From: Balamuthia mandrillaris | Taxonomy: Eukaryota | NCBI GenBank assembly: GCA_031835245.2 | Contig: JAVKOQ020000005.1 | Coordinates: 124,001 to 188,000, forward strand | Direction of reading: 5' to 3' | Length of the DNA: 64,000 nt | In this document: positions 1 through 12,386 of the stretch, in pieces | Layout: each line of letters begins with the position of its first letter | Numbering within the stretch: the first letter of the stretch is position 1 | Made by a program: the position numbers and the translations under genes | The notes under the pieces: generated by a model | Databases searched by the model: none | Told to the model about the DNA's origin: nothing | What the model saw: only the letters and a program-made list of their open reading frames with translations

Positions 1-821
1 CTGTTGGTGAAGGACCGGTCGCACACCAGGTAACTCCTCTCTTCTTTTTTCTCTTTTCTCTTCTCCTTTTTCTCTTTCTTAGTTCTTCTCTTCTCTTGGT
101 TTCTCCTCTCTCTTTCTCTCTTATCTTTCTTTCTCTCTTATCTTTCTTTTCTCTCTTCTCTCTTTCTCGCTTCTCTATTCTCTTTCTCTCTGACTCTTGC
201 ATCCCATCTCTCATTCGCTCTGCTTCCCTACTCTCTCCATCTTGTGTGCAACATTCTAAAATCATATGTGTAACGCTATGCAGCAAGTGGTATGAGAGTC
301 ATGCCATTCTGCGCCAACCTGATGACTGTGCCATCTTTTTGACTATGATGGTAGGACGAATATATCATTCTTGTTCTCTCTCTCTCTCTCTCTCTTTTCA
401 TTGCTGTTTATTCTTATTGTTTGTATTTACACAGCAAGGCGTTTCCTCGGTGGCTTTCGCTCTGCCACTTCTTTTCGGAGCATCAGAAAAGAAAAACAAT
501 TCCTCGTCTTCCTCTTCTTCTTCTTCTCCGACATCACTACAATTCATAGACCCACACCACATCATGCGAATGGAGCAAGAGTACCTGGAAAGCAAGAGAA
601 ATAACCCGACTGCTGCGGCTTCCTCTTCGTCGACTGCACCCACCACGACTTCACCAACCACAGAGAAACGAAAGAAGAGAAAGAAAGCCAAACGTAGAGT
701 GGCTGTCATCGAAGAAGAACGAGAGGTTGAAGCCCATAACGAGCAACCTCCACAACAGCAACAACAGCAATCACAACATGCGAAAGCAAACCAACAAGAA
801 CAAACCAACATTGGTCTGTAA
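1..821 (+). CDS. 3' part of a probable RUN-domain protein (partial, spliced)
   Basis: Spliced exons read ..LLVKDRSHTS/KWYESHAILRQPDDCAIFLTMM/QGVSSVAFAL, resembling the RUN-domain C-terminus (WYExxAxLR...GLxxxxFxL). A Ser/Lys/Gln-rich tail follows; stop at 821. Confidence 0.55.
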   Translation, partial: VGEGPVAHQVTPLFFFLFSLLLFLFLSSSLLLVSPLSFSLIFLSLLSFFSLFSLSRFSILFLSDSCIPSLIRSASLLSPSCVQHSKIICVTLCSKWYESHAILRQPDDCAIFLTMMVGRIYHSCSLSLSLSFHCCLFLLFVFTQQGVSSVAFALPLLFGASEKKNNSSSSSSSSSPTSLQFIDPHHIMRMEQEYLESKRNNPTAAASSSSTAPTTTSPTTEKRKKRKKAKRRVAVIEEEREVEAHNEQPPQQQQQQSQHAKANQQEQTNIGL

Positions 822-947
822 CAACCATTCCTTGTTATTTCCTCCCTCCCCATTTATGTTTTCTTCTTTCACAAGGTACTCTCGCTCTTTCTTCCCAGCC
901 TGGCTCTCTTCTTCGTCTCTAGCTTTCTTTCTTTTTTAATGATTCAT

Positions 948-1411
948 TCACAACCAATGAGGCTCATCCAAGTTGAACGCCATAGAGTCCTGGCACAGGC
1001 CTTCATCCGAGGTGGTGCAGCCGGAGCAGGCGCAATCCCTCCCCGGACAGGAGCCGCTGCACTGGCACTTGTAGCCGCCGGCGCAGCAGTGCTGCTGGTC
1101 GGGGCAGCAGCAGGCGTTGGCGGCGGGGCAGCAGGCCGCCTGCCCGCCCATCAGGCAGCAGGTCATGGTCTCCCCGCAGGGATCGTCATCGCAGGCGTCT
1201 CTCCCGCTTGCTCTTTTGTAATAGGCTCTCTGTTGGTTTGGTGTTGGTTAGCGCAAACAAAGTGAGAAAGAAAGGAAAGGGAAGGGAAGGAAAGGAGAGA
1301 AAGGAAAGGAGAGACCTCGTCGTGAGAGGGTTGAAGATTCAAGAGGGAGCCGCAAGCGGCGAACGCAACGAACAAGGATAAGAGGGTGAGGAAGATGACT
1401 TTCTTTTGCAT
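948..1411 (-). CDS. Secreted granulin-like cysteine-rich protein (2 exons: 1411-1316, 1229-948; about 125 aa)
   Basis: Signal peptide MQKKVIFLTLLSLFVAFAACG, a phase-0 GT-AG intron, then CDDDPCGETMTCC..AACCPAANACCCPDQQHCCAGGYKC, matching granulin C-C-CC-CC-CC-DxxHCC spacing. Confidence 0.75.
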
Positions 1412-1856
1412 GGTGTTTCGGTGTTTGTGTGTGTGAAAAAAAAAAAAGAGGAAGCATTCGTTGTTTGACTCCGTTTTTTTATAACCAGAGCGGGTTGTAC
1501 CCCTTTGGCGATCGCGAGCCAAAGGGACATTCGGCAGCACTAGAGCATGTTGTTTCTTTGCATTTTCTGCCACGCTTCTCTCTGCTCTCTCCCGATTTTC
1601 TCTCTCTCTTCTCTTCTCTCTTCTCTCTCCCTCTCTGCTCTCTTCTCCCTTCTCTCTTCTCCCTTCTCTCCTCTCGTCTCTCTCTCTTCTCTCTTTGCTC
1701 TCTCTCCTCTCTCTTTTCTCGTGGAGGGCTCTGGTGTATCGTTGGCAGGTGCCGTTCTCCTCCCTGGCCAGGTAGGTAATGCTTGCTGTTATGTTCATCC
1801 TACACAACAACAAACCAGCATAGTAAGCAAAGGAACAAGAAGAGCAAGGGGGGGTG

Positions 1857-2829
1857 TTATTCTTTCCGCTCGCAAGAGGGCAGCCCCATCGCAGCTCTGT
1901 ATCCGGATTCAAGGGCGTTCCTCGTTTCGGAAGCTCTCGGCGTCAGTTTCCACTGGCTCTTCTCAAAGATCTTCTGACGAAGCGCTTCCCTGTCGATGGT
2001 CGTGAAGATGTTATGCTGCGCCAACACCCTTTTGCCGTTGACCCAAACGGAGTGAACTGCGTCTGGTGTCGGCCTGCCCATCACCAACAAGCCTACAATA
2101 TCCGTTCTGGGAAGCAGGCTCAACGAATGTTCCAAGTCGAAGAGCACAAGGTCTGCTTTCTTGCCTTCTTCGATGGTGCCCAACTCGTTTTGTAAGCCCA
2201 AACCCGTTGCTGGTTATAGTTTAAAACGAGAATGATGATGTAAGAAAGAGAAGGAGAAAGGAAGGAAGTAGGAGACACCGAAAGAAAGCAACACCCAAGG
2301 TCGCGAAGTAGAAAGAGGAAAGAAGATAGCATAAGAAGAAACAGGACAATGAGAACAAGATTAGCACCTCCTCCCAAGGCAGCCATAACCAAAGAGTCAA
2401 TGGGCTTGAGCCACTTGCGGTAATCAAACTCCGTGACGTTGTGGAGGAGGGTCCCTATTTTAATGGCTTCCAACAGGTCTTGTGAGTCGTTCGAAGCAGC
2501 TCCATCGCAACCCATTGCAACACTTTTTAGTTTAGGATTTTGTAAGAATGAGAATAAAAGAGAAGAGAACAGTGAGACAGTACTTGACTCCAGCATCGCG
2601 ATATTTAAGAACAGGTGCAATGCCACTGCCAAGTCGAATGTTGCTCAACGCGTTATGCTAAATGATGATGAAAGTCAGTAATTTGTTCATATTCAACAAA
2701 AACTCCAAAAAAAAAAGCATGAGTACGGACCACAGCAGTTGTTTCCGTCTCTTTGAATATTTGTATGTCTTTCTCATCAAGCCATACTGTGAAACAATCA
2801 CGAGCAATGACGAATAAGTAAGGGAGAGA

Positions 2830-2870
<41 letters not shown>

Positions 2871-3807
2871 ATGAGAGAATAGTTTACCGCAATGAGCGCA
2901 TGAGGTGCGTGGACCGAGGAACTGAAGATCACGCAAGTGCTCGACAGCACTGCAGCCGTACTTCTCGTGAGCGAGCTTCACTTGCGCTTTTGTCTCCAGG
3001 CAGTGGATATGTCTTGCAAGAGAGTACTTCTCGCTGAGCGCAATACAACCTTTGATAAGTTCGTCGGTACATAATTGAAGTCCTGTTGGACCCACCTTTT
3101 CACAAGCGAAAATGAGAAATACGGAGAAAGAGAAGAGAAGGGAGAAGGAAGAAGAAGGAGAAGTAGAAGAGAAGAAGAAGAAGAGGAAGAATAAAAAGAG
3201 CAAGAAGAACAAGGAGAAGAAGAACAAGCACAATAACAAGAAGAAAAAGCAGAAACAAGAACCGAAAGAAAGAAACGACAAGAAAGAAGGAAAGCAAAGA
3301 ATAGAAAAAAAGAAGATGTTATTACCATCATGTAGATCCCTTGCTCGGGTTGATGGAAGCGTTGAATGGCGGTCTCCATGTCTCTCAGAAGGTTTTCGGT
3401 GGAAATCGCAGGAACGAATTGTTTGGGTTCTTTGCCAGGCTCAGAAGGGAAGCTGCACTCCAGTGGAAGGTCGCCGATGAGAGGAGCAATGCAAGCACGA
3501 ATGCCTATCTCTTTGTATGCCCTCACAGCAGCTTCTACACTCTATTTTTTATGTGTGTTAGAACTGAAGACCTAAAAAAATAAAAATATAGGGCAAAGAC
3601 ACAAGGAGAGGAGACGTTACTTCAACAAGACGACCCGGAATAGGGCTCAAATGGTCAACCACACACGTACCACCGCTGGCTATTGTTTCCATGGCATTGT
3701 GCAAGCATGATAGGTACACATGCTCTGTGTCGGCTACTCAGCGATGTTTTTTGTCAATGGATGAAGAAAGACAATAATGAAGAGACGGAAACGAGAGGGT
3801 GAAGAGT

Positions 3808-3853
<46 letters not shown>

Positions 3854-4563
3854 ATAAGAGAGACCTGGAGCAAAATCACTGAGAGAAGCCAACCACAACT
3901 CCAGAGGAAGCATGTCGATCTCTCCTCGTACCCACATCTCCGAGGAGTGAGTGTGTGCATTGACGAACCTGAATTGAACCACCATTGTTTATTAACATTA
4001 AAGAAGACCACCAGCAAGACCGAAGAAGCACAAGAAGAAGAAGCAGAAGAAGAAGAAGAAGAAGAACAAGCACAAGAACAAGAAGAAGAAAACCAAGAAG
4101 AAGACCACCAGCAAGAAGAAGAGGAAGAGGAAGAAGTACAAGTAGTAGTAGAAGAAGAAAAAGAAAAAAAGGAAGAAGAACAAGAACAAGAACAAGAACA
4201 AAAACAAACGCAAACACAAGAAGCAGAAGAAGGCGCACCCTGGCAACAACAGTTTGTTCTTTCCGTCAATCTTGGTGCCTGTGTGACAACAACCCACCAC
4301 CACCAAAACGGTTTTTTGTTACCACTCACACAAACGGCTTTGCTCAACAAACGTTCAGCGGGAGGGAGCAACTCACCAACGACCGGGACAGCGTCCGGGC
4401 TGCCAACCTGAGCGATGGTCCCCTTCTCAGCGTCGAGCACAACGTTCACCACCTCGTAGTTTTTATTCTCTGCCTCACCGTCGTTGCTGGTCTGCTGCTT
4501 CTTGAGAAAAGCGGTGGGCACAAAGACCCCCGCGACAGTGGTAAGCTTCTGAGCGTGTTCCAT
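1857..4563 (-). CDS. Metal-dependent amidohydrolase, ATZ/TRZ / MTA-SAH deaminase-like (multi-exon)
   Basis: Motifs across exons: IDGKNKLLLPG/FVNAHTH, RHIHCLET, SCAHC/VW, SNIRLGSG, GCDGAASND, GTIEEGKKADLV, VWVNGK. Confidence 0.9.
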
Positions 4564-5045
4564 GAGCTCCAGATCCCCTCCTCCTGCGCAACAGAGTCAA
4601 AGTCACACGAAGAAAAAAAAAATCGATAAAAAGAGGGAGAAAAGCCGAGGAAATATTCCAATTTTGGCGACGATCACCAAATAAGCGACGACTACCCCAA
4701 TGATTATCGAAGGCCTGCGATAATATTCGATGTTTGTTGATGAAAAATCGAATTTTTGTTGAATTTTATGGTCTATTGTTGTCGACTGCTGGATCTGAGA
4801 ATCTAAATTCGATTTTTGATTGGTGCTTTGAAATCTATGCCGTTTATTTTTTATTGCCGCGGTTGAATTGATCAGCGAAATAATCGTCGATAGATTGCAG
4901 GGAAGAAAGAAGGAAAGCTGAGAACCAGGAAACGCATCATTACTCCAGTTTACCGGAAATCTTTCTAGTTTTCAACCTTATCTCTTTCTTTCTTTCTTTT
5001 TTTTTTTTTTGTCGTTGTGCAGCACCACCGACCTTTCCGAAAAGA

Positions 5046-6118
5046 ATGCAAAACTGGGGCCTCCCTTCCGCCACCGGGTTCGGCGACGAACAGAGCTTGT
5101 TGGACGAGCTCGACCAGTCCCTTTCGCAAACCAACCGTCGCGGGGGCCCGGAGGCGAAGGACGACATCTTTGAAAGCGAAAGCGAAAGCGAGAGTGACGA
5201 GGAAGAACCGGAAGAAGAAGAAGAAGAGGGACATGACTTTGACTACCTTTGCGTGCTCGACTTTGAGGCGTGCAGAGAAAAAATAGCAGAGAAAACGGAA
5301 GATAGGGAAGAGGAGTGGCTTTACGAGATCACTGAGTTTCCTGTTCTGCTTTTTAACACTCGGTCTTTAAAAGTTTGTTTCGTCCTCACTCTCTCTCTCT
5401 CTCCTTTTTGCAACTTCAAAAAAACTAAGCAGCAAATAAACAAAAATAGGTTGAGGCAGAGTATCATCGGTTTGTAAGACCAGTTAAGATAACACAGGCT
5501 TTGGTGGATCGCTATGTTGACAAAAAATACGGCAGTTTTGGCAAAAGCGCAGTATGTTTTCTCTTTCTTCCTTGTCGTTTCTTCCTTGTTGCTTCATGTC
5601 GATTCGTTCTTTCTCTTTGAACGCAGGAATGGAACGAAACAGCACAACCACTGGAGATCATCCTGGTGGACTTTCATTCCTGGCTTCTTTCTCACCATCT
5701 TCTTGAGCACTCCAACGAACAAACAGAACAAGAGGAGCAACGTAAAAGAGACCAAAGTTATCGTTTTGCCTTTGTGACTTGTGGCGATTGGGACCTCAAA
5801 CAACAACTCCCCAGGAATGCCCACCTGCTGGGCATATATCCTCCCCCGGCCTACATGCAACGTTGGATCAACATCAAGGAGGCCTACGGCAGGTTCTACC
5901 GGAAGAGAAGGAACCCCTCGGGGATGAAGACGATGCTGAACCAGCTGAACATCAAGCTGGAGGGGGTGCACCACTACGGGCTGGATGATTGCCACAACAT
6001 CGCCAAAGTGTTGAGGAGGATGCTGGAGGACGGATGCAAAATGACGAAAGCATTCTTGAGGGATGACGCCTGGACTCCTCCTTTGGCGGGTGGGAAGGAA
6101 GCACGAGAGGAAAAGTGA
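5046..6118 (+). CDS. ERI1/ERI3-family DEDDh 3'-5' exoribonuclease (3 exons)
   Basis: FDYLCVLDFEA, EITEFPV, FVTCGDWDL, WINIK, GMKTML..L.LEG.HH.GLDDC.NIA. Confidence 0.9.
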
Positions 6119-6415
6119 TACGAAGAGGAAGGAAAAAGCAGAGGAAAGTTGCGTGAGAAAAGGAAAAAATAAGATTTGGTTGGGGTAATGCGCTATATTA
6201 ATATACAATATTTCCCTTATTTACACACATTCCAAAAATTCCTTGCTTTATTTGGTAAAACTGAATTCACCCCGATTGGCTGATAATTCTCCGTTTGATT
6301 TCTGATTGGTATTTTGATTACGTTTAGGTGACCACCGAGAACCCAGAAAAGAAGAAAGTTCCCGCCACCTGAGTGCTTATGCACCTGGCGACTCGATGCT
6401 CGCTATCCATCTCCG

Positions 6416-6452
<37 letters not shown>

Positions 6453-6631
6453 TTTTCTCTCCAACCACGACATAAAATAGAACAACAACGCAAAAGATAG
6501 AAAAATTTCGTGGAAGTGAAGAGAGAGGAACAGCATTTCGTAGTGGTGGAACCCACTGCAGCACTTTGTTTTATTTTTATTTTTTTTTTGTGTGTTGTGT
6601 TGACATTACTCCCCTCCCCTCCTCATTCCCC

Positions 6632-9600
6632 ATGCCGCAGCTGTTTACGGAGAAGAGAGTTGGGCCGAGGCCAAGCGGTGGCACGGTCTTTGGAGGACAG
6701 TCCTCCTCCTCCTCTTCTACTCCTACTCCGACTCCATCCGCTGCTGCTGCTGCTGCTTCTTCTTCTACTACCACTTCCACGGCTTCAAACCAACAACAAC
6801 AACAACAACCGCTACTTCGCCCTGCGCTTCATCTTCATCCACCCAAGCTCTCCTACTCTCAGTCCGACTCGGTGCTGCCCAAGGAGAATGAGCTCTCCTC
6901 CTCTTCCTCGCCCTCCTCCCCCAGAGCTCACTACCACCGCAAAGCCACCTCCACCATACGCCGTTTCCAGCGCAGCATCTCCGTCATCTCCGCTCCGCAC
7001 CACCACTTTCATCACCACCACCACGCTCCTCCCTCTCCCTCCCTCTCCTCCCTCAAAGTCACGTTGCTGTTGGTGGGGCCGCCCGCTGCCGGCAAGACCG
7101 CTCTCCTTCGCGCCCTGACCGCCAAGAACTCCGCCACGCACTCCGTCTCCTCGCTGATCGGCTCTTGGGCAAGGCCTCACTCCACCACCACCGTTGCTTT
7201 GGAGGAACGAGCAGCAAGAGGAGAAAGAGAAAAAGGAAGAGAAAAAGGAAGAGGCGGAAGTGGGAGCGGAATCGCCAGCGGCAACGCTGCTAGCCATGGC
7301 AAGAGCTTTGCTTGCAGCGGAACGGTGCTGGGAATGCAAGTGTATGACGTTACTAGGGTTTCGCACCATCATAATGCTCGGTTGCGTATAAGGGCGCTTG
7401 AGTTTCCGCCTGAGGTTGGTGGTTATTCTTCTTGTTCTTGTTCTTGTTCTTGTTCTTGTTCTTTTTCTTGTTCTTCTTCTTGTTCTTCTTGTTCTTCTTC
7501 TTCCTCTTCCTCTTCCTCTTCTCTAGCTTTATCTTTCTTTCATTTCCTGGTTTCTACTCCTTGATATTTCTTCTTTTTGGTCTCCAGTGCTTGGTGCTCC
7601 TTTTGCAAACTGAACCTATTGCGTTCTCAACAAAATAGGCTCATTACCACTCTTTATATCTGAACGAAAGGGCTCTGGTGTTGCTCGTGTTCGATATTAG
7701 GAAAGACCTCACGGAGGAGTTTCTCTCGAAGTGGCTTTCCACTCTCACATCCCCTTGCTTCAAGCCAGAATCCTTGAAAGTATTATTGGTTGCGACACAT
7801 ATCGATAAACTTCACAGCGACACGAAACACGTTCTCAAATCCTTTCAACCAAAATTGGAGGTTTCTTTTTTGCTTTCTTTGTTTTCAGTCCTCTCGTTGA
7901 CCTAACATTGGGAATTCAAAAAGCGGCTTCAAGCACTATTTCCAGCGGTAAAGGGCTTGCGGGCAGTAAGTTGCGCTTCCAACAAAGGGTGCAAAAAACT
8001 TCGCTCTTCTATTGTGGAACATGGTAGTCCTCTTTCTCTCATTTACTTCTCGTTCTTGTTGTTAGCTCTGTTTTAATAATCATGCTCCAACAACAGCGGA
8101 AGGAGTGACAGCTACAATCAAGTTGTTGATGGAGGTTGCCGCTCACAAGGCCTTGATCAACAGAATTAAGCGTCATTGCCTTCGCATGGAGATGGTTCCT
8201 TGGAGTGTGTTCATGGCAGAGGTCTCTCTCTCAATCCCTCTTCCTCTGCTTTTGTCTCTATCCCCTCACTTGTAATAATGCAGGCAGGAGCAATGGGAAT
8301 TCCTGAAGAAAAGCTTAAACAACTCACTGCCGTGATGCACGACCACGGCTTCCTCACCAACTTTACTCCTACATCCCTTCGCAATGTATGCTATCCTCCT
8401 TTGCTTTTCTTCTATTACATAATATGTGCTAACGCTTTAACTTTTCTCACCAGGTAAATAAGCAGCGCAAAAACGATCTCATTCATGCCATCTCGCCTTT
8501 TACCCAACAAGTTATATATAATATTCATTGGGTCACAAAAGCTTATGTAAAGTTGCTGCGAGAAGCTCCAAAATATACCCTTCATCCCGACGAGGATGAT
8601 GACGAACCGTTTTCTTTCACCTTATATTCTATGCTATGCTCTTCTTCTTCATCCCCTTCTTCTTCAGCTTTCTCATTGGATCAACAGCAACAACAACGAA
8701 AGCGAGAAGGAATGCTAGTCGTCTCTCCGGATATCAAAATGATTTGGACAATGAACACTAACAAAAAAACGGAGGACAAAAACGAGAACGATGCTGAGGA
8801 TGAAGAAGACGAAAAGGACGTGAACGAGTTTGTGGTAGAGGAAAGCCTGCACGGAGCGTTATTGAATTTGTTGCAAGAATACGAACTGCTCTTCATCATC
8901 AAACCTACAAAGAAGAAAGTCATCATGCTCAGCGAAGACTACGAGGACTACGGCTTGATAAATGATTCAAAAGTTGAGCGACAACAGAACGATGATGAAG
9001 AAGGGGCGACGGCAAAAAAGAAAAGAAATAGGCGTTCAGCTCCTATTGCTGATGTAGCTGTGGACAAGCTAATAGAACAGACGGAGGAGTTACGATTGTT
9101 GCAACGAGCGAAGAAACTGACGGATGAAAGAAGAGGACGTTTTCTTCAACGGCACCCAGAGTTGAAGCGAACACGACGCGTGATGTTCAAAACTTCATGG
9201 CGCAATGAAGGCAGCCTCGAAAGAGAGTTAGAAATGAGCGACCTGTTGAAAGCCAGGCAAAAAGTGCAGAAGCAAAAGAGTGGAGGGAGTGGAGAGTGGA
9301 ACTCACCTCTTTCTAACAGCAACAAATCAGTACGAACTAGACAAAAGAGTTCCAAAGATGAAGATAAGAAAAACGACAAAGCCAAAGATCAAGAAAAAGG
9401 GAAGCAACGAAAAGCCAAAGAAGCGAACTCTAAGATGTCGAAACGAGAGAATACGTTGTTAGTTGCAGGACAAGAAGAAACGAGAGTGCTGATTCCAGCG
9501 CTGCTTCCGAAGAGCGTTGAATCTCACAAGTTGGCTCAAGTTGGATGGCTTCCTCACACAGCCTCTCCCACTACTTACTTTCTTCGTTCCTCTTCTTCCG

Positions 9601-11334
9601 GTCTCAACAGCAGAAACTCTCCACTGCGCTCCTCTCGAGAGTCCCTGCCAACAAGCAATAACATTGGTTCGCCCTCAACTCCTCAACTTCATCGAAGCCT
9701 TTCCATGAATGCGAATCCTCCTTCTCCATCGCCTTCTTACCGTACTTGTACCTTTGCTTCTTCCCCTCGAGCAAGTGTTGGAGTTTCCTCTTCTCCTCCT
9801 CTTCCATTTCATTCTTCGTCCCCTTTGCTTCCTTCCTCTTCTCGTCGAGCAAGTTTTAGACTTTCCTCTTCTCCTCCCCTTCAGGCCTCTCCTTTTTTTC
9901 CTTCTTCATCGTGTTCTCCGCCTTCCTCTCCTCTGAGCTTTTCAAAAAATGAAAACAACGTAAACAACAGTAGTGGCAGTCCTACAGAAGTGCTAGATTC
10001 AGAGTTTCAAGCCAAAATGGAGCGGTACCTCCGAAACAGACGTAGAAGGCGAATGGCGCCTGCGCCGTGCCTAAGCAAAGCGGACAAGTTTCGGTACAGC
10101 CTTCAACAGCGCTACTACTACTTTTATCCACTTCCACAAGGCGTCTTTCCTCGTTTCTTGATCAGAATGTTAGATTTGGCTTTTGTTCCTATTTATTGGC
10201 GTCACGGTTTTGTCGTTATCAAAGGTTAGTTTTTGCTGTGATGGTCTGTTTCTTTCCCATTACTTATTTTCTAAACAGGGCATGAGCGAGCATTGGTGGA
10301 AGAACGACAAGAATCAAACGGGATTTGGATTCAAGTCTATGGAAGAGAACCAACTCTTATGTGGAGGTAAACTATTGCACACACTCTTTCCTCTCTTTCT
10401 CTCTATGCTCTTTGGAGCTATTGTTCGATTCTTGTCGTTGACCTTTGAATATTTGCAGTTTGTTAGAGTTCAACTTGAACAATGTCGCAAGCTACTGGTA
10501 CTCCATTTCACCGCAGGTCGGCATTCCTTGTACTCACTGTCGCGAGTCTTCTGATCCCGATCTTAAAACAAGTTCCGTTTTTTCTATCACCTTGTGTTCT
10601 TTCTCTCGCTACTCTCTCGATCTCTCTTTCTCTTCTCTTCCTCATCTCTGGTGCTGTGTGTTCTTATCCAATATTTACTTTATATTCTTATGAACAGAGC
10701 CATTCATCTTCTTGACGGAAGAGTGTGATGCCGCAATGTCAGAAGGCAGAAGCTACGTCGTCTGCAGCCACCCCGAACACAAATCGGGAGGAAGCGTCCC
10801 CGTCTGTTTGAGCCAACTGATGCCCGAGGCATCTCTCTATCGCCTCAAAGCATATGATGTGGACTACTCTCTCGTCCAAAAACACTCTGTGCTAGCGCAA
10901 GGAAATCACACCGTTGTCTACAAGGGAGAGTACAAAGGGAAGGAGGTGGCCGTTAAGGAATTTCTCTTTGGCAAGGTGGAGGAGGGGGATCGGTTCTGCC
11001 CCGAGGAGCTACGCACTGTCAAGGAGTTTCGTTCGGAGGCGCTCATTATGAGGTTTGTTCTTTTGCTCTATCTTCTTCAATTCTTTGTTCTTCATTCTTT
11101 GTTTAACTAATGCTTGAAAAAATATGAAGTGGTTTTAAAAAGCATCCAAATGTGGCGCAATTGTTGGGCATCTCAAAGCAACCTTTGGCTCTTGTGGTGG
11201 AGTACATCAATGGCGGAAGCCTCTTTCACTTCCTGCGAGAGAATCCCAATTTAGAATGGTCACTGCGTCTCGATATCGCTCTGGATATTGCCCGGGGTAA
11301 GACCAGCGCTCCGCTTCACTCTACCTTTCTCTTT

Positions 11335-11367
<33 letters not shown>

Positions 11368-12167
11368 GATATGCTCTTGTCTATCTCGTCTAACTTATGA
11401 TTTTCTCTGCATGGAAGGGATGGATTATTTGCATTCGTATTCTCCTCCTTGTATTCATCGAGACTTGAAATCACCCAACGTTCTGGTATTGCTTCTTTTC
11501 CTGTTTTTGTTCTTTCTTCGTTATCTTTTTGTTAAACATGTTTTTTTTTTTAAACTGCTGATTTTCAGATGAAAAAAACTACTGATGAAAACGGAAAGGT
11601 GCACCTGACAGCTAAAGTTTCAGGTATTTTCTTCTTCCGTCTTTTCGATGTTTTTCTTCTTCTTCTTTAAATCTCTGTTGCGTCGTACTTTCAGATTTTG
11701 GTTTATCCATAAACTCAACTTGGAGTGCTGGCCGAGAAGTAGACAATCCTTTGGTATAACGTTTTTCTTCTTTGGTTGTTTTCTTTTTTTAAAAGCTAAT
11801 TTAGCGCACCAAACTGCAGTGGTTAGCACCGGAAGTAATGAGGGGAGAGGAATACTCTGAAAAGTCCGACGTCTATTCCTACGGCATCATCCTTTGGGAG
11901 CTCTTCCGACAGGTGCAACCCTTTCAAGAGTACGGCTTCCAGTTCATGGCGCAACTGGAGGATAAGATCGTCAACAGCCTGCTGCGCCCTTCCATCCAGG
12001 AGGGCAGCATCTGTGCTCCCCACCTCCTTCCTTCCTCGGAGCAAGTGCCGGAGGAGTACGTGAAGCTCATGCGGTTGTGTTGGGACGACGTTCCTTCCAA
12101 TCGTCCTTCCTTCCTCAAGATTCTTCGTTCGCTGGCGGCATTGAAAGAAGAACTCGTTTCTTTGTGA
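6632..12167 (+). CDS. Roco-family protein: degenerate Roc GTPase, COR domain and TKL kinase (multi-exon)
   Basis: LLLVGPPAAGKT P-loop, LVLLVFDI and VLLVATHID (Roc); LPQGVFPRFLIRML..YWRHG (COR); VAVK, HRDLKSPN, S/DFG, VDNPL/WLAPE and KSDVYSYGIILWE (Roco-type kinase). Confidence 0.85.
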
Positions 12168-12386
12168 ACAACGATAATCAACAACTATTTATCAAAAAAT
12201 TCAAATTTTAGATCCTAAAAAGTAATTTTTAATTAATAATACGTAAAATTTACAATAAATTATCCGTTCCGACAATAATAAATAACGAAATATTTGACAA
12301 AAAAGAAAAGAAAAGAGAACAGAAAGCAAAGAAAAATAGTAAACATGGAGGAAAGCGGGCCTTCTTCCACCTCTTCTTCCTCTTCT

